From: Bacteroidota bacterium
Lineage (GTDB): Bacteria > Bacteroidota > Bacteroidia > Chitinophagales > Chitinophagaceae
Assembly (NCBI GenBank): GCA_023429985.1
Contig: JAEZCV010000141.1
Location: 1,857-65,856 of the forward strand
Direction: 5' to 3'
DNA: 64,000 nt
Made by a program: the position numbers and the translations under genes. Below are positions 8,763 to 19,300 of this stretch, piece after piece. The notes under the pieces were generated by a model. The model was not told the origin of the DNA. It did no database searches and saw nothing but the letters and a program-made list of their open reading frames with translations. How positions within the stretch are numbered: the first letter of the stretch is position 1; each line of letters begins with the position of its first letter.

Positions 8763-10793
8763 TCAATCAAACAGTTTTTCTATTTTCTTTAATACCTGGG
8801 GCAGGTTTATTCCTTTACCCAGTACAGGTTTAAAAATGTCTCCTGTTTCTTTCAGTCGGGCAATGGCATTTGTGATATTATGATCTGTGATCTTCAATCC
8901 TTTTTTTACTTCGTCCCAGTGTAACGGCATAGATACAGGAGCTCCTGGCTTTGGCCTTAAGGAATAAGGTGCAGCTACGGTTGCCTGTGGCCTGTTTTGA
9001 AGAAAATCAATATACATTTTTCCTCCACGGTCGGCAGTTTTTCTTTCAACAGTAGTATATGAAAGAAGTTCTTCATGAACCAGTCTTGCAATTATGCGCG
9101 CGAATTCTTTCGAATCGTGGTAGGAATATTTTGCTCCTAAAGGAATATAAATATGAAGTCCTGTAGATCCAGAAGTTTTAGGATATGATTTTACACCAAC
9201 AGCGTCAAGAATTTTTTTTGTTACAAGGGCCGCTTCTATTACCTGGTTAAAACTGTTTTTGTCCGGATCCAGGTCAATGATACACCAGTCAGGATTTTCG
9301 GGATTAGTTGTTTTGCTGTGCCATGGATTTATTTCTATGCAACCCAGCGAAGCAATGTATAATAAACTTGCTTCGTTGGTGCAAACCAGGAATTCCTTTT
9401 CCCGGTTGTCGGCATAGCTGAAATAGGGATAGGTTTCAATCCAGGCAGGAGCTTTGCCTTTAACATCTTTCTGGTAAAAAGTTTTTCCTTCGATACCGTT
9501 AGGATGCCGGTTTAATGTTTGAGGTTTGTTTTTGATATAGGGTAAAATATAAGGAGCCACTGCATAATAGTAATTTATAAGATCACGTTTTGTAAATCCT
9601 TCTTTTGGCCAGTAAATTTTATCTAAATTGGAAAAACCCAGTTCATTACCTCCTATTATTCTTGTCTGGCTTTTTTCTTTAGGATTGAGCAGGGATTTTC
9701 TTTCTTTTTTGCCTGGTGCCCGCAGCACTTTATTTTTTACTAGAGTATGTGATGGAAGAATTGATGCTGTATCTGCAGGTAGTTCTCTTTTAATTTCTTT
9801 TGCTGATTTATCTTCTCTTATTCCTTTGAATGAGGGATGCCTGAATGAACCATCTTTGGTAAGTTCGCGATAACTGACTTCACCAACAACTACAGGCTTT
9901 ACCCAAACCACATCAGCTTTTGGCGGATCGGGCCGAAAGCGGGAAGGTTTGTTGATTGGAGGAAGGGTTGCAAATTGGGAAGTTTTGGTTTGGTGCGGCT
10001 TTAATTTTTTAATGATTTCCTGCTGCAAGGTTTTATTAAATCCTGTGCCCACAGTGGCCAGGTAGTTGAATTTTCCATTTTCAATTATGCCCATCAGCAA
10101 TGCGCTGAAAAGTTTGGAGGTGCCTTCATTTATTGTATAGCCTCCAATAATCATTTCCTGTCTTTTCTCTGTTTTTATTTTAAGCCAGTCGCGCGAGCGA
10201 TGGCCGGGAATATATTTTGAGGTGCTGCTTTTAGCCATTATGCCTTCCAGGTGCAATTCGGAGGCCTGCTGAAAAACAGCGGTTGCACTTCCTTCAATTG
10301 AAGAACTGAATCGAATGAGGTTTTGATCCCCGGGAATTAACGCATGCAATATAGATTTTCTGTTATTGAGCGGAAGATCAGTAAGCGATTGGCCATTGTA
10401 CCAAAGAATATCAAAAACATAAAAGAACAATGGCCCATCTGCTTCACTGCGCCAGCTTTGTAATGCACCGAAATCGGGGATGCCGTTATCATTCACCGCC
10501 ACCACTTCGCCGTCAATAATGGCATTCACTTTCCATTGCTGAAGCAACCGGTAAAGGGGATAGAATTTTTCATTGAAAGATTTTTTGTTGCGGGAGTAAA
10601 GATCAACCCTGCCATTATTAAGGTAAGCAGTGGCCCTGAAGCCATCCCATTTCATTTCATAAATCCAACCTTCTTTGTCAACAGGTTCCGAAACCAGGGT
10701 TGCGAGCATAGGTTCTATATAGCCGGGGAAGGGCGTATGAGGAGCCGATTTTAACAGGGAATTCAGTTTACTGCTTACTGATCTAAGTTTCAT
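8763..10793 (-). CDS. ligD: DNA ligase D (ATP-dependent ligase plus primase/polymerase domain)
   Basis: EMKWDGFR adenylation motif, EGIMAK, WLKIK; C-terminal polymerase with RHPNGI, DLDP, KTSGSTGLH, IDFLQN. Confidence 0.95.
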   Translation of the reverse strand: MKLRSVSSKLNSLLKSAPHTPFPGYIEPMLATLVSEPVDKEGWIYEMKWDGFRATAYLNNGRVDLYSRNKKSFNEKFYPLYRLLQQWKVNAIIDGEVVAVNDNGIPDFGALQSWRSEADGPLFFYVFDILWYNGQSLTDLPLNNRKSILHALIPGDQNLIRFSSSIEGSATAVFQQASELHLEGIMAKSSTSKYIPGHRSRDWLKIKTEKRQEMIIGGYTINEGTSKLFSALLMGIIENGKFNYLATVGTGFNKTLQQEIIKKLKPHQTKTSQFATLPPINKPSRFRPDPPKADVVWVKPVVVGEVSYRELTKDGSFRHPSFKGIREDKSAKEIKRELPADTASILPSHTLVKNKVLRAPGKKERKSLLNPKEKSQTRIIGGNELGFSNLDKIYWPKEGFTKRDLINYYYAVAPYILPYIKNKPQTLNRHPNGIEGKTFYQKDVKGKAPAWIETYPYFSYADNREKEFLVCTNEASLLYIASLGCIEINPWHSKTTNPENPDWCIIDLDPDKNSFNQVIEAALVTKKILDAVGVKSYPKTSGSTGLHIYIPLGAKYSYHDSKEFARIIARLVHEELLSYTTVERKTADRGGKMYIDFLQNRPQATVAAPYSLRPKPGAPVSMPLHWDEVKKGLKITDHNITNAIARLKETGDIFKPVLGKGINLPQVLKKIEKLFD

Positions 10794-10805
10794 TTAAGAA
10801 CATAA

Positions 10806-10820
10806 TCAAAAAGCAAACCT
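10806..10820 (-). promoter_or_regulatory. Candidate sigma54-type promoter for ligD
   Basis: Minus strand AGGTTTG-CTTT-TTGA has GG-N10-G spacing just upstream of the ligD ATG; weak -24 match. Confidence 0.3.
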
Positions 10821-10840
10821 CATTAATGATGAGGATGGAA

Positions 10841-11557
10841 TTACTGGATCATTTTTCCTTTGATGATTTCCATTAAGTCCGGTTTATAGGTATCACCTAC
10901 AATTATATCAGCTGTTACACCCTGGAGCCTTACCAGGTTGCCTTCTATGCCTGAGATCTTAGGTACAGAAATGATGAAAGATTTATGAACGCGCAGAAAT
11001 TTTTTGCGTGGAAGTTTTTCTTCTATGTCTTTCATGCTGGTATAAACCATAGTTCGTTTACTGTTGCAGTAAATGGCAACATAGTTTTTCATTCCTTCGA
11101 TGTAATCGATATCGGCGAGGTTGATCTTTAAAAGTTTTCCTTTTGATTCTGTTTTTACGAAAATGAAATCATCTTCTTTTTCTGCAGGACGTGGGTTGAA
11201 CTCTTCAATAATTTTTGATGCCTTTTGAACTGCCGTAAGAAACCTAGGGAGGCGAATGGGTTTTAAAAGATAATCTACAACATCAAGTTCATAGCTTTCT
11301 AGGGCAAACTCGCTATAAGCTGTTGTAAGAATTACCTGGCATTTTCCTTTAATTGCTTTTATGAAATCAATCCCGGAGAGTTCGGGCATTTGAATGTCAA
11401 GAAAAACCAGGTCGGCCTTTAGTTCGGTAACCATATGCAGGGCTTCAATTGGATTTGTGGAAGACCCTACCTGTGTTAGCTGAGGCGTTTGGTTTACATA
11501 ATGTTCCAGGATGTCAATGGCATGTTGTTCATCGTCGATTATAATACACCTGATCAT
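10841..11557 (-). CDS. LytTR-family response regulator
   Basis: REC domain (IIDDE, FLDIQMP, TTAY, YLLKP) plus LytTR domain (FLRVHKSFII). Confidence 0.95.
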   Translation of the reverse strand: MIRCIIIDDEQHAIDILEHYVNQTPQLTQVGSSTNPIEALHMVTELKADLVFLDIQMPELSGIDFIKAIKGKCQVILTTAYSEFALESYELDVVDYLLKPIRLPRFLTAVQKASKIIEEFNPRPAEKEDDFIFVKTESKGKLLKINLADIDYIEGMKNYVAIYCNSKRTMVYTSMKDIEEKLPRKKFLRVHKSFIISVPKISGIEGNLVRLQGVTADIIVGDTYKPDLMEIIKGKMIQ

Positions 11558-12657
11558 ACATTAAAAATAGTTAGTTGGGTTGTATAAAATCCGGCATCAT
11601 CGGTAATTTCAAACCTGTAATTAGATTTATAGGCCAGTTCAAGCCGCTTTCGGATGTTATCGAGACCAATGCCGGTTGACAATTCTTTTGGTCCCGATTT
11701 TTTCTTGTTGCGACAAATAAAGTTCAGTTTGTTTCCCTCTATTTTAAGATGAATTGAAATTGGGTCTTCCATGCTTTTCAGGTCGCCGTGTTTAAACGCA
11801 TTTTCAACAAGGGTAATCAGTACAAAGGGAATGATGGTAGCGCCATTTACAACACCTTCTACAACAAAATCAACTTTAAGTTTGTTGCTGAACCGAAGCT
11901 GGTTGATCTTGATCACATTTCTTACATGTTCAATTTCATCTTTTAACGGAGCTTTTCCGTCTATTGCATTTCCTTCACTTAATGCGTAACGCATAATATC
12001 GCTCAGCGTTAATATCCCTTCTGATAATTCGGAAGAATAAGGAAGTGATTTGGCGTAAAGAAAATTTAAGGTATTATGAAGAAAGTGAGGATTGATCTGT
12101 GCTTTCAGGAAATTAAAATTAGCCTGCGATTTCTCTATTTCCAGTTGAAGTTTTTGTTGTTCCAGTATTTTTCTCTGCTTTTTTTCGTCGCGTAATGTAG
12201 TCAGGTAAGAAATTAATAATGCTATTCCTATGTAGAAGAAAGCGGTAAAAGTGTAACTGAAAATTAATATCCCGGTAGTTAATTCTCCTTCAATTTGTTT
12301 TTCATTGACCGATATCCCGATCTTCTTGCCCATTAAAAAGAAATGGGTGATTATGAAATAAATGCCAAGCATTATAATGCAGATGGCGGTGGTTTTTGTA
12401 AACTCAAAAGTTGTTTTCCTGTGTGACATCAGGTTATAATATTCATTTACCGCATAGTAAAAGAAACCCGATGCAAATGCAATACTGGCTACCTGGTTGA
12501 GCAGGTTGCGCATAGTAAACATGGAATCAATTCCGCCCATCTGGCTGCCTACCGGCGAAATAAAGATCACAAGGAGGCCTAAGAGGGTAAGAAGAATGTA
12601 AACAACAAATACTACCCAGAAAATGCGCCAGAAACGATACCTGATATTTGGATTCAT
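11554..12657 (-). CDS. LytS/YehU-type membrane sensor histidine kinase
   Basis: Four TM segments, LKAQINPHFLHNTLN H-box, LVENAFKHG, GIGLDNIRKRL. Confidence 0.95.
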   Translation of the reverse strand: MNPNIRYRFWRIFWVVFVVYILLTLLGLLVIFISPVGSQMGGIDSMFTMRNLLNQVASIAFASGFFYYAVNEYYNLMSHRKTTFEFTKTTAICIIMLGIYFIITHFFLMGKKIGISVNEKQIEGELTTGILIFSYTFTAFFYIGIALLISYLTTLRDEKKQRKILEQQKLQLEIEKSQANFNFLKAQINPHFLHNTLNFLYAKSLPYSSELSEGILTLSDIMRYALSEGNAIDGKAPLKDEIEHVRNVIKINQLRFSNKLKVDFVVEGVVNGATIIPFVLITLVENAFKHGDLKSMEDPISIHLKIEGNKLNFICRNKKKSGPKELSTGIGLDNIRKRLELAYKSNYRFEITDDAGFYTTQLTIFNV

Positions 12658-12683
12658 TTAGTTTTCATTCAAGTTTATAAATC

Positions 12684-12711
12684 AAAGGCGCAGCGTTAAC
12701 ACTGCGCCTTT
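12684..12711 (-). terminator. Hairpin / terminator after the TonB-dependent receptor gene
   Basis: AAAGGCGCAG-cgttaaca-CTGCGCCTTT. Confidence 0.75.
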
Positions 12712-12715
12712 ATTA

Positions 12716-15154
12716 TTATTGCCCTATGCCAATGCCTCCTCCCTGTTGTACTCTTTTGGCTTCTTCTTCGGCAGCGGTTGATCTTTGTCTTGCACCTTTC
12801 ACGCTTGTGCCGCCAAACCTGTAATTAAAGCTGAGTTTTACCTGCTGGCTTTCCCATTTCACATTAAAGTTGGAAACCTGTCCCGCAAAATCCGTTTTGC
12901 CTTTGAATTCCAGACTATTGAAAATGTCGGAAACTGCGAGACGGATTGTGCCCCTGTTTTCGAAAACCTGTTTTTGCAGGCCTATATCAATTCCAATCAG
13001 CGACCTTGACTGAAATGCTCCCTGCTGAATTGTTGGCGTATTATAAAATCCAGAAAGTTCGGCCGTCCATGTTCCGGCAAATTTCAGTGTGTTTTGTGCG
13101 TAAATGTTCAATCCAAATGCATCCATATCCACTTCCCTGCCCGGTCCGAAATCTGCTTTATATTTTGAATAATTTCCATTCAGGTTGGCAAAAACCGTGT
13201 AGGATTTATATTGAAAAGGATAGCTGATGTTCAGGCTTATTACGTCCTGTGTAGCCAGGTTTTTATTGGTGATGAACGATTTGGAGATATCGGCAGTATC
13301 AATCCACTGAACAAACATGTTTTTAACCTTGCTATAGTTTAGGGTTGTGTTTAGCCTGTATTTGTATGTATGTGTTAATCCTATGCTGTTGGTGTACTGT
13401 GGTCTCAGGTCGATGTTACCTTTTTGGTATGTGTACTCATCCAGTTTAAATTCAAAGGGATTTAAGTTCTGGTATGCCGGTCTGTCGATCCTGCGGCTAT
13501 AAGAAAGACTAAACTGGCTCATTGGGTTCTTATTATAAGTGATGGCAGCACTTGGGAAAAGATCGGTATAATTTCTTTTAAACGATGAATCATATTTCAC
13601 ATATCCCGAACCGTTATTACGTTGGCCGTTTGAAATTCCTTCTGTTATGGTATTTTCTACACGTACACCTGCCTGGATCATAAAGCCGGTAAATGCTTTG
13701 TTGTAGTTTAGGTAAACGGCGTTTATGTTTTCATTATAGTTAAACCCATTGCTTCTGTCAAGGTCTTGTTCATCAACATTATTTATAACATTAAACCTTT
13801 TGAAATCATTTTTAGTTCTAACAAAAGCTGTTTTGCCACCAAAGCCAAGTCTTCCTCCTCCAAAATTCTGTTCCCAATCTACCTTGCCCGAACTGATAGT
13901 AATATCGGTAGGTGCTGCCATCCGGTAAATAATGGCATCAGTTAAAGTTGAACCAGAGGGGTTGTAATAAAAATTAGGCTGGTATTGTAAATTTTCCAGA
14001 TCATAAGTACCATAATCTGCATTTACCGTAAGGCTTTTGCCTGATGTGCTATTTAAAGTATAGTTCAGGTTGAAGTTAATATTGTTCCTGTCCATTTCGG
14101 CAGTATTCTCTGCTACCAGTATCCTGTCAACACCGCTTGATTTATTTGAAATGGGTGTTCGACTATAGCCTTCCATTTCCATTGCCGACCGGGTTCCATT
14201 AATGATCAGGCCTATAGTGTTTTGTTTATTAATGAAGAAGTCGGCACCTGCTTTAAAATTATGACTGATGTTATTGGATATGTTACGGGTGCGGGTATTA
14301 AAAATGCTGTCGGCCACCGTACGGTCGATATTTAATTCAAATACATTTTTATTGTTGCTATAATTATAACTGCCAAAAATGTTCAGTTTTGCATTGCGAT
14401 GGTTCAATGTAAAGCCTGTGTTGTATTTGGAATAATTTCCAATATTGTATCCAACATTTACAGTTCCATTGGTTCCAAATGCTTTGTTTTTCTTTAAACG
14501 AATATTGATAATGCCGGCATTACCTGCTGCCTCGTATTTTGCCGATGGATTGGTAATAAGTTCAATTGCCTCAATATTTGACGAAGGCATGGATTTTAAA
14601 TAATTGGCAAGGTCTTGTCCCGAAAGCGGTGTGGGGCGGCCATCAATAAATACCTGAACGCCTGTCTTTCCGCTCAGGCTAAGGTTATCATCCTTATCTA
14701 CGGTTACACCTGGCGATTTCCTCAATAGCTCAAGCGCATCGGATCCGGTAGCATTAATAGTTCCTTCAACATTTAAAATTGTTTTATCGGCTTTCACCTC
14801 CACAATGGGGCGGCGGGCCGTTACCACAACATTTTCCATTCCTGTTGCTGCTTTATCAAGCGTAATATCTTTTATAAACACGGTTTCCGAAACCGTAAAA
14901 GCCTCGGAAATATAGGTTTGATGACCAACAAAAGATGCCATCAGCCTGAAACTGGCGTTTTCTGCAACTTCAAATTCAAAGCTTCCGTTTTCCTTAGAAA
15001 CACCAAATTTTATGACAGCAGAATCAGCAGCATTTAAAAGGGAAACGGTTGCACCCTGAAGCGGGTTTCCTTCCGGGTCTTTAATAGTCCCCTTAATCTG
15101 GGCATTCGTGGCCATTGCTGAAAGCATTACCAGGAACAATACAATGATTCTCAT
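12716..15154 (-). CDS. TonB-dependent receptor-like outer-membrane protein (CarboxypepD_reg-like, plug, OMP_b-brl_3)
   Basis: Signal peptide from ATG 15154; IEAIELITNPSAKYEAAGNAGIINIRLKK plug motif; SYSRRIDRP and GNIDLRPQ barrel motifs. Confidence 0.9.
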   Translation of the reverse strand: MRIIVLFLVMLSAMATNAQIKGTIKDPEGNPLQGATVSLLNAADSAVIKFGVSKENGSFEFEVAENASFRLMASFVGHQTYISEAFTVSETVFIKDITLDKAATGMENVVVTARRPIVEVKADKTILNVEGTINATGSDALELLRKSPGVTVDKDDNLSLSGKTGVQVFIDGRPTPLSGQDLANYLKSMPSSNIEAIELITNPSAKYEAAGNAGIINIRLKKNKAFGTNGTVNVGYNIGNYSKYNTGFTLNHRNAKLNIFGSYNYSNNKNVFELNIDRTVADSIFNTRTRNISNNISHNFKAGADFFINKQNTIGLIINGTRSAMEMEGYSRTPISNKSSGVDRILVAENTAEMDRNNINFNLNYTLNSTSGKSLTVNADYGTYDLENLQYQPNFYYNPSGSTLTDAIIYRMAAPTDITISSGKVDWEQNFGGGRLGFGGKTAFVRTKNDFKRFNVINNVDEQDLDRSNGFNYNENINAVYLNYNKAFTGFMIQAGVRVENTITEGISNGQRNNGSGYVKYDSSFKRNYTDLFPSAAITYNKNPMSQFSLSYSRRIDRPAYQNLNPFEFKLDEYTYQKGNIDLRPQYTNSIGLTHTYKYRLNTTLNYSKVKNMFVQWIDTADISKSFITNKNLATQDVISLNISYPFQYKSYTVFANLNGNYSKYKADFGPGREVDMDAFGLNIYAQNTLKFAGTWTAELSGFYNTPTIQQGAFQSRSLIGIDIGLQKQVFENRGTIRLAVSDIFNSLEFKGKTDFAGQVSNFNVKWESQQVKLSFNYRFGGTSVKGARQRSTAAEEEAKRVQQGGGIGIGQ

Positions 15155-15185
15155 AAAAATTTTTTTAGATGGTTTTAATCTGGTG

Positions 15186-15193
15186 CAAACATA
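15186..15193 (-). promoter_or_regulatory. Bacteroidota -7 promoter element for the receptor gene
   Basis: TATGTTTG on the minus strand matches TAnnTTTG. Confidence 0.65.
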
Positions 15194-15223
15194 TTTTGGA
15201 TGCAGGCGCTGAGAAAAAAGCTT

Positions 15224-15255
15224 ACACAAAACGGTATTTTAACGATACATAGCGG
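15224..15255. promoter_or_regulatory. Candidate LytTR direct-repeat operator
   Basis: ACACAAAACGG (15224) and ATACATAGCGG (15245), imperfect direct repeats 21 bp apart, upstream of the receptor promoter. Confidence 0.45.
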
Positions 15256-15322
15256 GTTTTTAACCCAGCTGGGGAATTAATTATTAGTTTAAAATTTTAT
15301 ATTTGGATGAATCTTCCCGGCT

Positions 15323-16051
15323 ATGAAATATCTTCTTTTTTCTCTGTTTGCTCTTTATTCTGGGTTTGCTGTTGCTCAAAGCAACGAAATAAAAGCAGTG
15401 CGTGTGAATCCACTGCATGAGAATATGCATTTATTAGACAACCAGGCTATGAAGTATAAAGAGTTTCAAAAGGGGAAGGTGATTTTTAAAGATTCAGCCC
15501 AAACCGAAGCCAGGTTGAATTTTCACCGGATTTATAATGAAGTTTTATTTTTAAATGATGAAGGAGATACCCTGGCTCTTTCCAATCCCGAAACCCTGGC
15601 CATGATCATTATGGGCACAGATACTTTTTTTTATTTTCAAAAAGGATATGGCCAGCAGATCACGCATTACCCCGATTATAACCTGGTAATGAAGCAAACA
15701 CTGAAATTTATCGGTAAAGAAAAGAAAGGTGCCTATGGTTCTTACTCCACTACTGCATCGGTAAATTCTGTATCTGATTTACATGTAGATGAAATGGCAG
15801 GAATTACAAATACTGTAGAGCCGGGAAAGACCAATTTATTTAAGGCTGATGAAAATTCGATATACACACCCAACTCGGAGTTTTTTATAACCGACAAATT
15901 CAATAACATGTTTCCCGCAAACAAGAAAAATGTTTTGAACCTCTTCAATAAAAATGGGCGGGCTATAAAAAAATATATTTCCAACAAAAAAGTAAATTTC
16001 AAAAAGCAGGATGACCTTGTTGAAATCATGGAATTTATTCAGCAGCTCTGA
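15323..16051 (+). CDS. Secreted hypothetical protein
   Basis: 242-aa ORF, signal peptide ending AVAQ; TATATTTG -7 element at 15298-15305. Confidence 0.85.
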   Translation: MKYLLFSLFALYSGFAVAQSNEIKAVRVNPLHENMHLLDNQAMKYKEFQKGKVIFKDSAQTEARLNFHRIYNEVLFLNDEGDTLALSNPETLAMIIMGTDTFFYFQKGYGQQITHYPDYNLVMKQTLKFIGKEKKGAYGSYSTTASVNSVSDLHVDEMAGITNTVEPGKTNLFKADENSIYTPNSEFFITDKFNNMFPANKKNVLNLFNKNGRAIKKYISNKKVNFKKQDDLVEIMEFIQQL

Positions 16052-16131
16052 TTCTTTAAGCTGAATAAATTTTTCTCACTTATATATATTATTCAGCATA
16101 TTTTTTGCTGTATATTCCTAAAGAGTTTTTC

Positions 16132-16332
16132 ATGAGGAATTCGGCAAGGAAAAATAAGAACAAAGAAAAAGTTCCATTAAAGCCCGGAAACTTTGCCAAG
16201 GTAAACAGTTCAGGCAGGGAAGAGCGTTTGCAACAAAACCAGGATGAATTGCTGAGGTTTAATATTATTGGCAACAGGGCCCGCCGAAGCTTTAATAACG
16301 ACATGCCCGGCGGTGGCTATGAAGGTTTTTGA
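16132..16332 (+). CDS. Small basic hypothetical protein
   Basis: MRNSARKNKNKEK...GGGYEGF, 66 aa, stop abuts the treY stop. Confidence 0.55.
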   Translation: MRNSARKNKNKEKVPLKPGNFAKVNSSGREERLQQNQDELLRFNIIGNRARRSFNNDMPGGGYEGF

Positions 16333-19300
16333 TTACCTGTTGTAAAACCATATCCATTTTTTTACTTCTTCAAGGTCCCGGGTTCTAAGGGGTTGGCTCA
16401 TACTCCAGCTCCAGTTATTGGCTGTAGAGGAAGGAATATTCATCCTTGACGTTTCATTCAGTGCAAGAACATCCTGCAAAGGCAGAATTGCTATGTTGGC
16501 CACCGAAGCCATTGCCATTTTGCACATTTGAAAAGCAACATTGTTTTCGGTGATTTCCATACCAAAATAACCGGAGATCCTTTCCCGGGTTTTTGCATCG
16601 GTTTCTGTTCGGTACCATCCCTTTATTGTATTGTTATCATGCGTACCTGTATAAACCAGGAAGTTTTTTTCGTGGTGATGTGGAATGTGTTCATTGGTAT
16701 TGAAATTTTCTCCAAATGCAAATTGAAGCACTTTCATTCCGGGTAACCCGAATGCATCTCTTAATGTATGTACCGACGGAGTAATTTCCCCCAGGTCTTC
16801 GGCTACAAAGGGAAGTTCTCCAAGGGCGTTATGTATGGCAGTGAAAAATTTCTTTCCAGGGCCATTTACCCACCTGCCGTTTTTTGCAGTTTCTTCTGAA
16901 GCTTTCACTTCCCAGTAAGCATCAAAAGCCCTGAAGTGATCGAGGCGTACCAGGTCGAAGTATTCTATATTTTTCTTTAATCGTTTAATCCACCAGTTAT
17001 ACCCGGTTTCTTCATGCTTTTGCCAGTTGTAAACAGGCATTCCCCAAAGCTGACCCTCATTGCTGAAAGCATCTGGGGGTACGCCGGCAATGAATTTGGC
17101 GCTTCCATTTTCATCAAGCATAAAAAGTGAAGGATGAGACCATACATCTGCCGAATCGTAGCTAACATAAAACGGGAGATCGCCCATTATTTTGACGCCC
17201 ATTTCATTAGAATAATGCTTCAAAGATTTCCATTGAAGGTCAAAAATGAACTGGATCCATTTATAAAATTCTACCTGGTCGCGAAACCTGTTTTCAAGCA
17301 GATCTTTGTATGCATTATCAGGATTCCTTTGTTTTTCTTCCCACTCATACCAGGGCAATCCATTGTTATTTTTTTTCAGTAAGGAAAATAAAGCAAAGTC
17401 GTTGAGCCATGATCGCTCCCTTGTTTTGAAGTTGGAAAAATCACTTGCCATCTTGTTTTCTCCCTTAAGTTTGAAATTTTCAAATGCTTTTAGCAGCAAT
17501 TTTTCTTTTACCTGTCGGGCATAATTAAAATCGGCCTGGGTGGAATTTTGTTTTTTTAGTGCAGCGAATTCATGGTAATGCAACAGTTGCTGTTCTGCCA
17601 GGAGTTCAGGATTTATAAATAAAGGATTTCCCGCAAAACTTGAAGTAGCACTGTAGGGAGAAAATCCCTGCCCTTCTTCCGTAGGGTTAAGTGGTAAGAT
17701 CTGCCAGTATTTTAAACCTGCAGATGACAATGCGTTTACGAATGAATAGGCTTCACTGCCCATGTCACCACAACCATATACCGAAGGCAGGGAACTTAAG
17801 TGTAAAAGAATTCCGGCTGATCTTTCTTTTCCGGGAGTGTTGCCTGCAAGAACAGAAACCGGAAGGGTATCGAAAAGATCATTTAAAAGAATTTCTTTGG
17901 AATCTGTTTTTGAATGGAGAAGCACGTGTTTCCATCCATCTTTGGAAGCAGGAAGCCTGAGCGTGGTATTTGCCCAATCGAATTTTTCTTTCGATTTAAA
18001 ATTAAATGAAAGCAAAGGAATGGTTACAACAATCATTGTATTTCCTGCGCTTCTGGCAAATGAAAACGCAAATTCTTTATACTTCCCTGTTATTTCAAGG
18101 GGAATGTATTCTCCGTTTAAAAAAACATTTGGATAAGCATTTCTTAATTGTAATAGTTTATTTAAGATGTAAAGTTTGAACTTTCCTGAACGTTTTTCTT
18201 TCCATAAGTTTTCAACCAATTGAGGGTTGATATCTTCTATTTCATTCAAAATATTTTTTCTTAATTCATAGTCCACCGGTCGCCTGTTATCGGGATCAAC
18301 AAGGCTAAGATCCCATAATTCAGTACCCTGGTAGATGTCTGGAATTCCCGGGGCTATAGTTTTTAAAACCAGTTGGGCAATTGAATTATGAATTCCAGCA
18401 TCAGTTAAATCCCCAATGAATCGCGTAAAAGATTTATAAAAAGGGTTTGATGGTTCTAACAAAGAAGCAGTAAATTCTTTAATTGCAGCTTCATATCTTT
18501 CGTTAGGCTGGTTCCAGTTAGTGATGCGCTTAGCTTCCCTGAATGCTTTTATAAAATATTCCTGCAATCTGTTTTTATAATCATCAATATCAAAATTGCC
18601 AACAGGCCATGAACCTGCAAGGGTCTGGTAAATAAAATATTCATCATTAACATCTGGTGCCCCTGAAACTCTGAGGTCTTTATTGATGTGCTGCCATTCA
18701 TTAATTTTTTCTATCCACAGTTCCGGCATTTGCGAAATAACATTTAGCCTGGCTCTCACATCTTCACCTCTTTTGGTATCATGGGTGGAAGTTGCGTTTT
18801 GGGTATGCGGCCATAAATGCTTTCTTGTAAGCATGGCATCATGCATATCTTTTAAGGTAATGCCAAAAGCCCCGGGAGCATCACCAACTTCGTTGTGGGC
18901 AATAAACCGGTTATAGGTATACATGAGCGTGTCTTCAACTCCCTTTGCCATTAAAGGGCCGGTAAACTGCATGCAACGCATGAAGAAATAGAGGCAACGT
19001 GAACGCAGTTTTTCATCTTTGGAATTTTTAGCAAACAACATCACCTGTGCAAGGAGGTCGGTTGCCGCCGACAGGTCTGGCCTGCTTGTTTTAATTTGAG
19101 TGAAAACTTTTTGCAATGAATTTTGCTCTTCTTCCGCCAGGGGGTATTCATTTCCATAAAACCTGTATACCGGGCAGTGGATGAGGAATTCAGCAATGGC
19201 TGTTTTAATATCCTCCGTACGCATTTGCGCATAATCCTCCTCGTTAACGATTCCGGATGTCATGAAAAGAACAAAAAGGTTTTCAAGCTCGCCTCCCATA

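Noticed and set aside
7872..10793. Nuclease plus LigD as a joint defence or repair system
   Set aside because: The genes are convergent and the nuclease has a lipoprotein signal, so it would act outside the cytoplasm.
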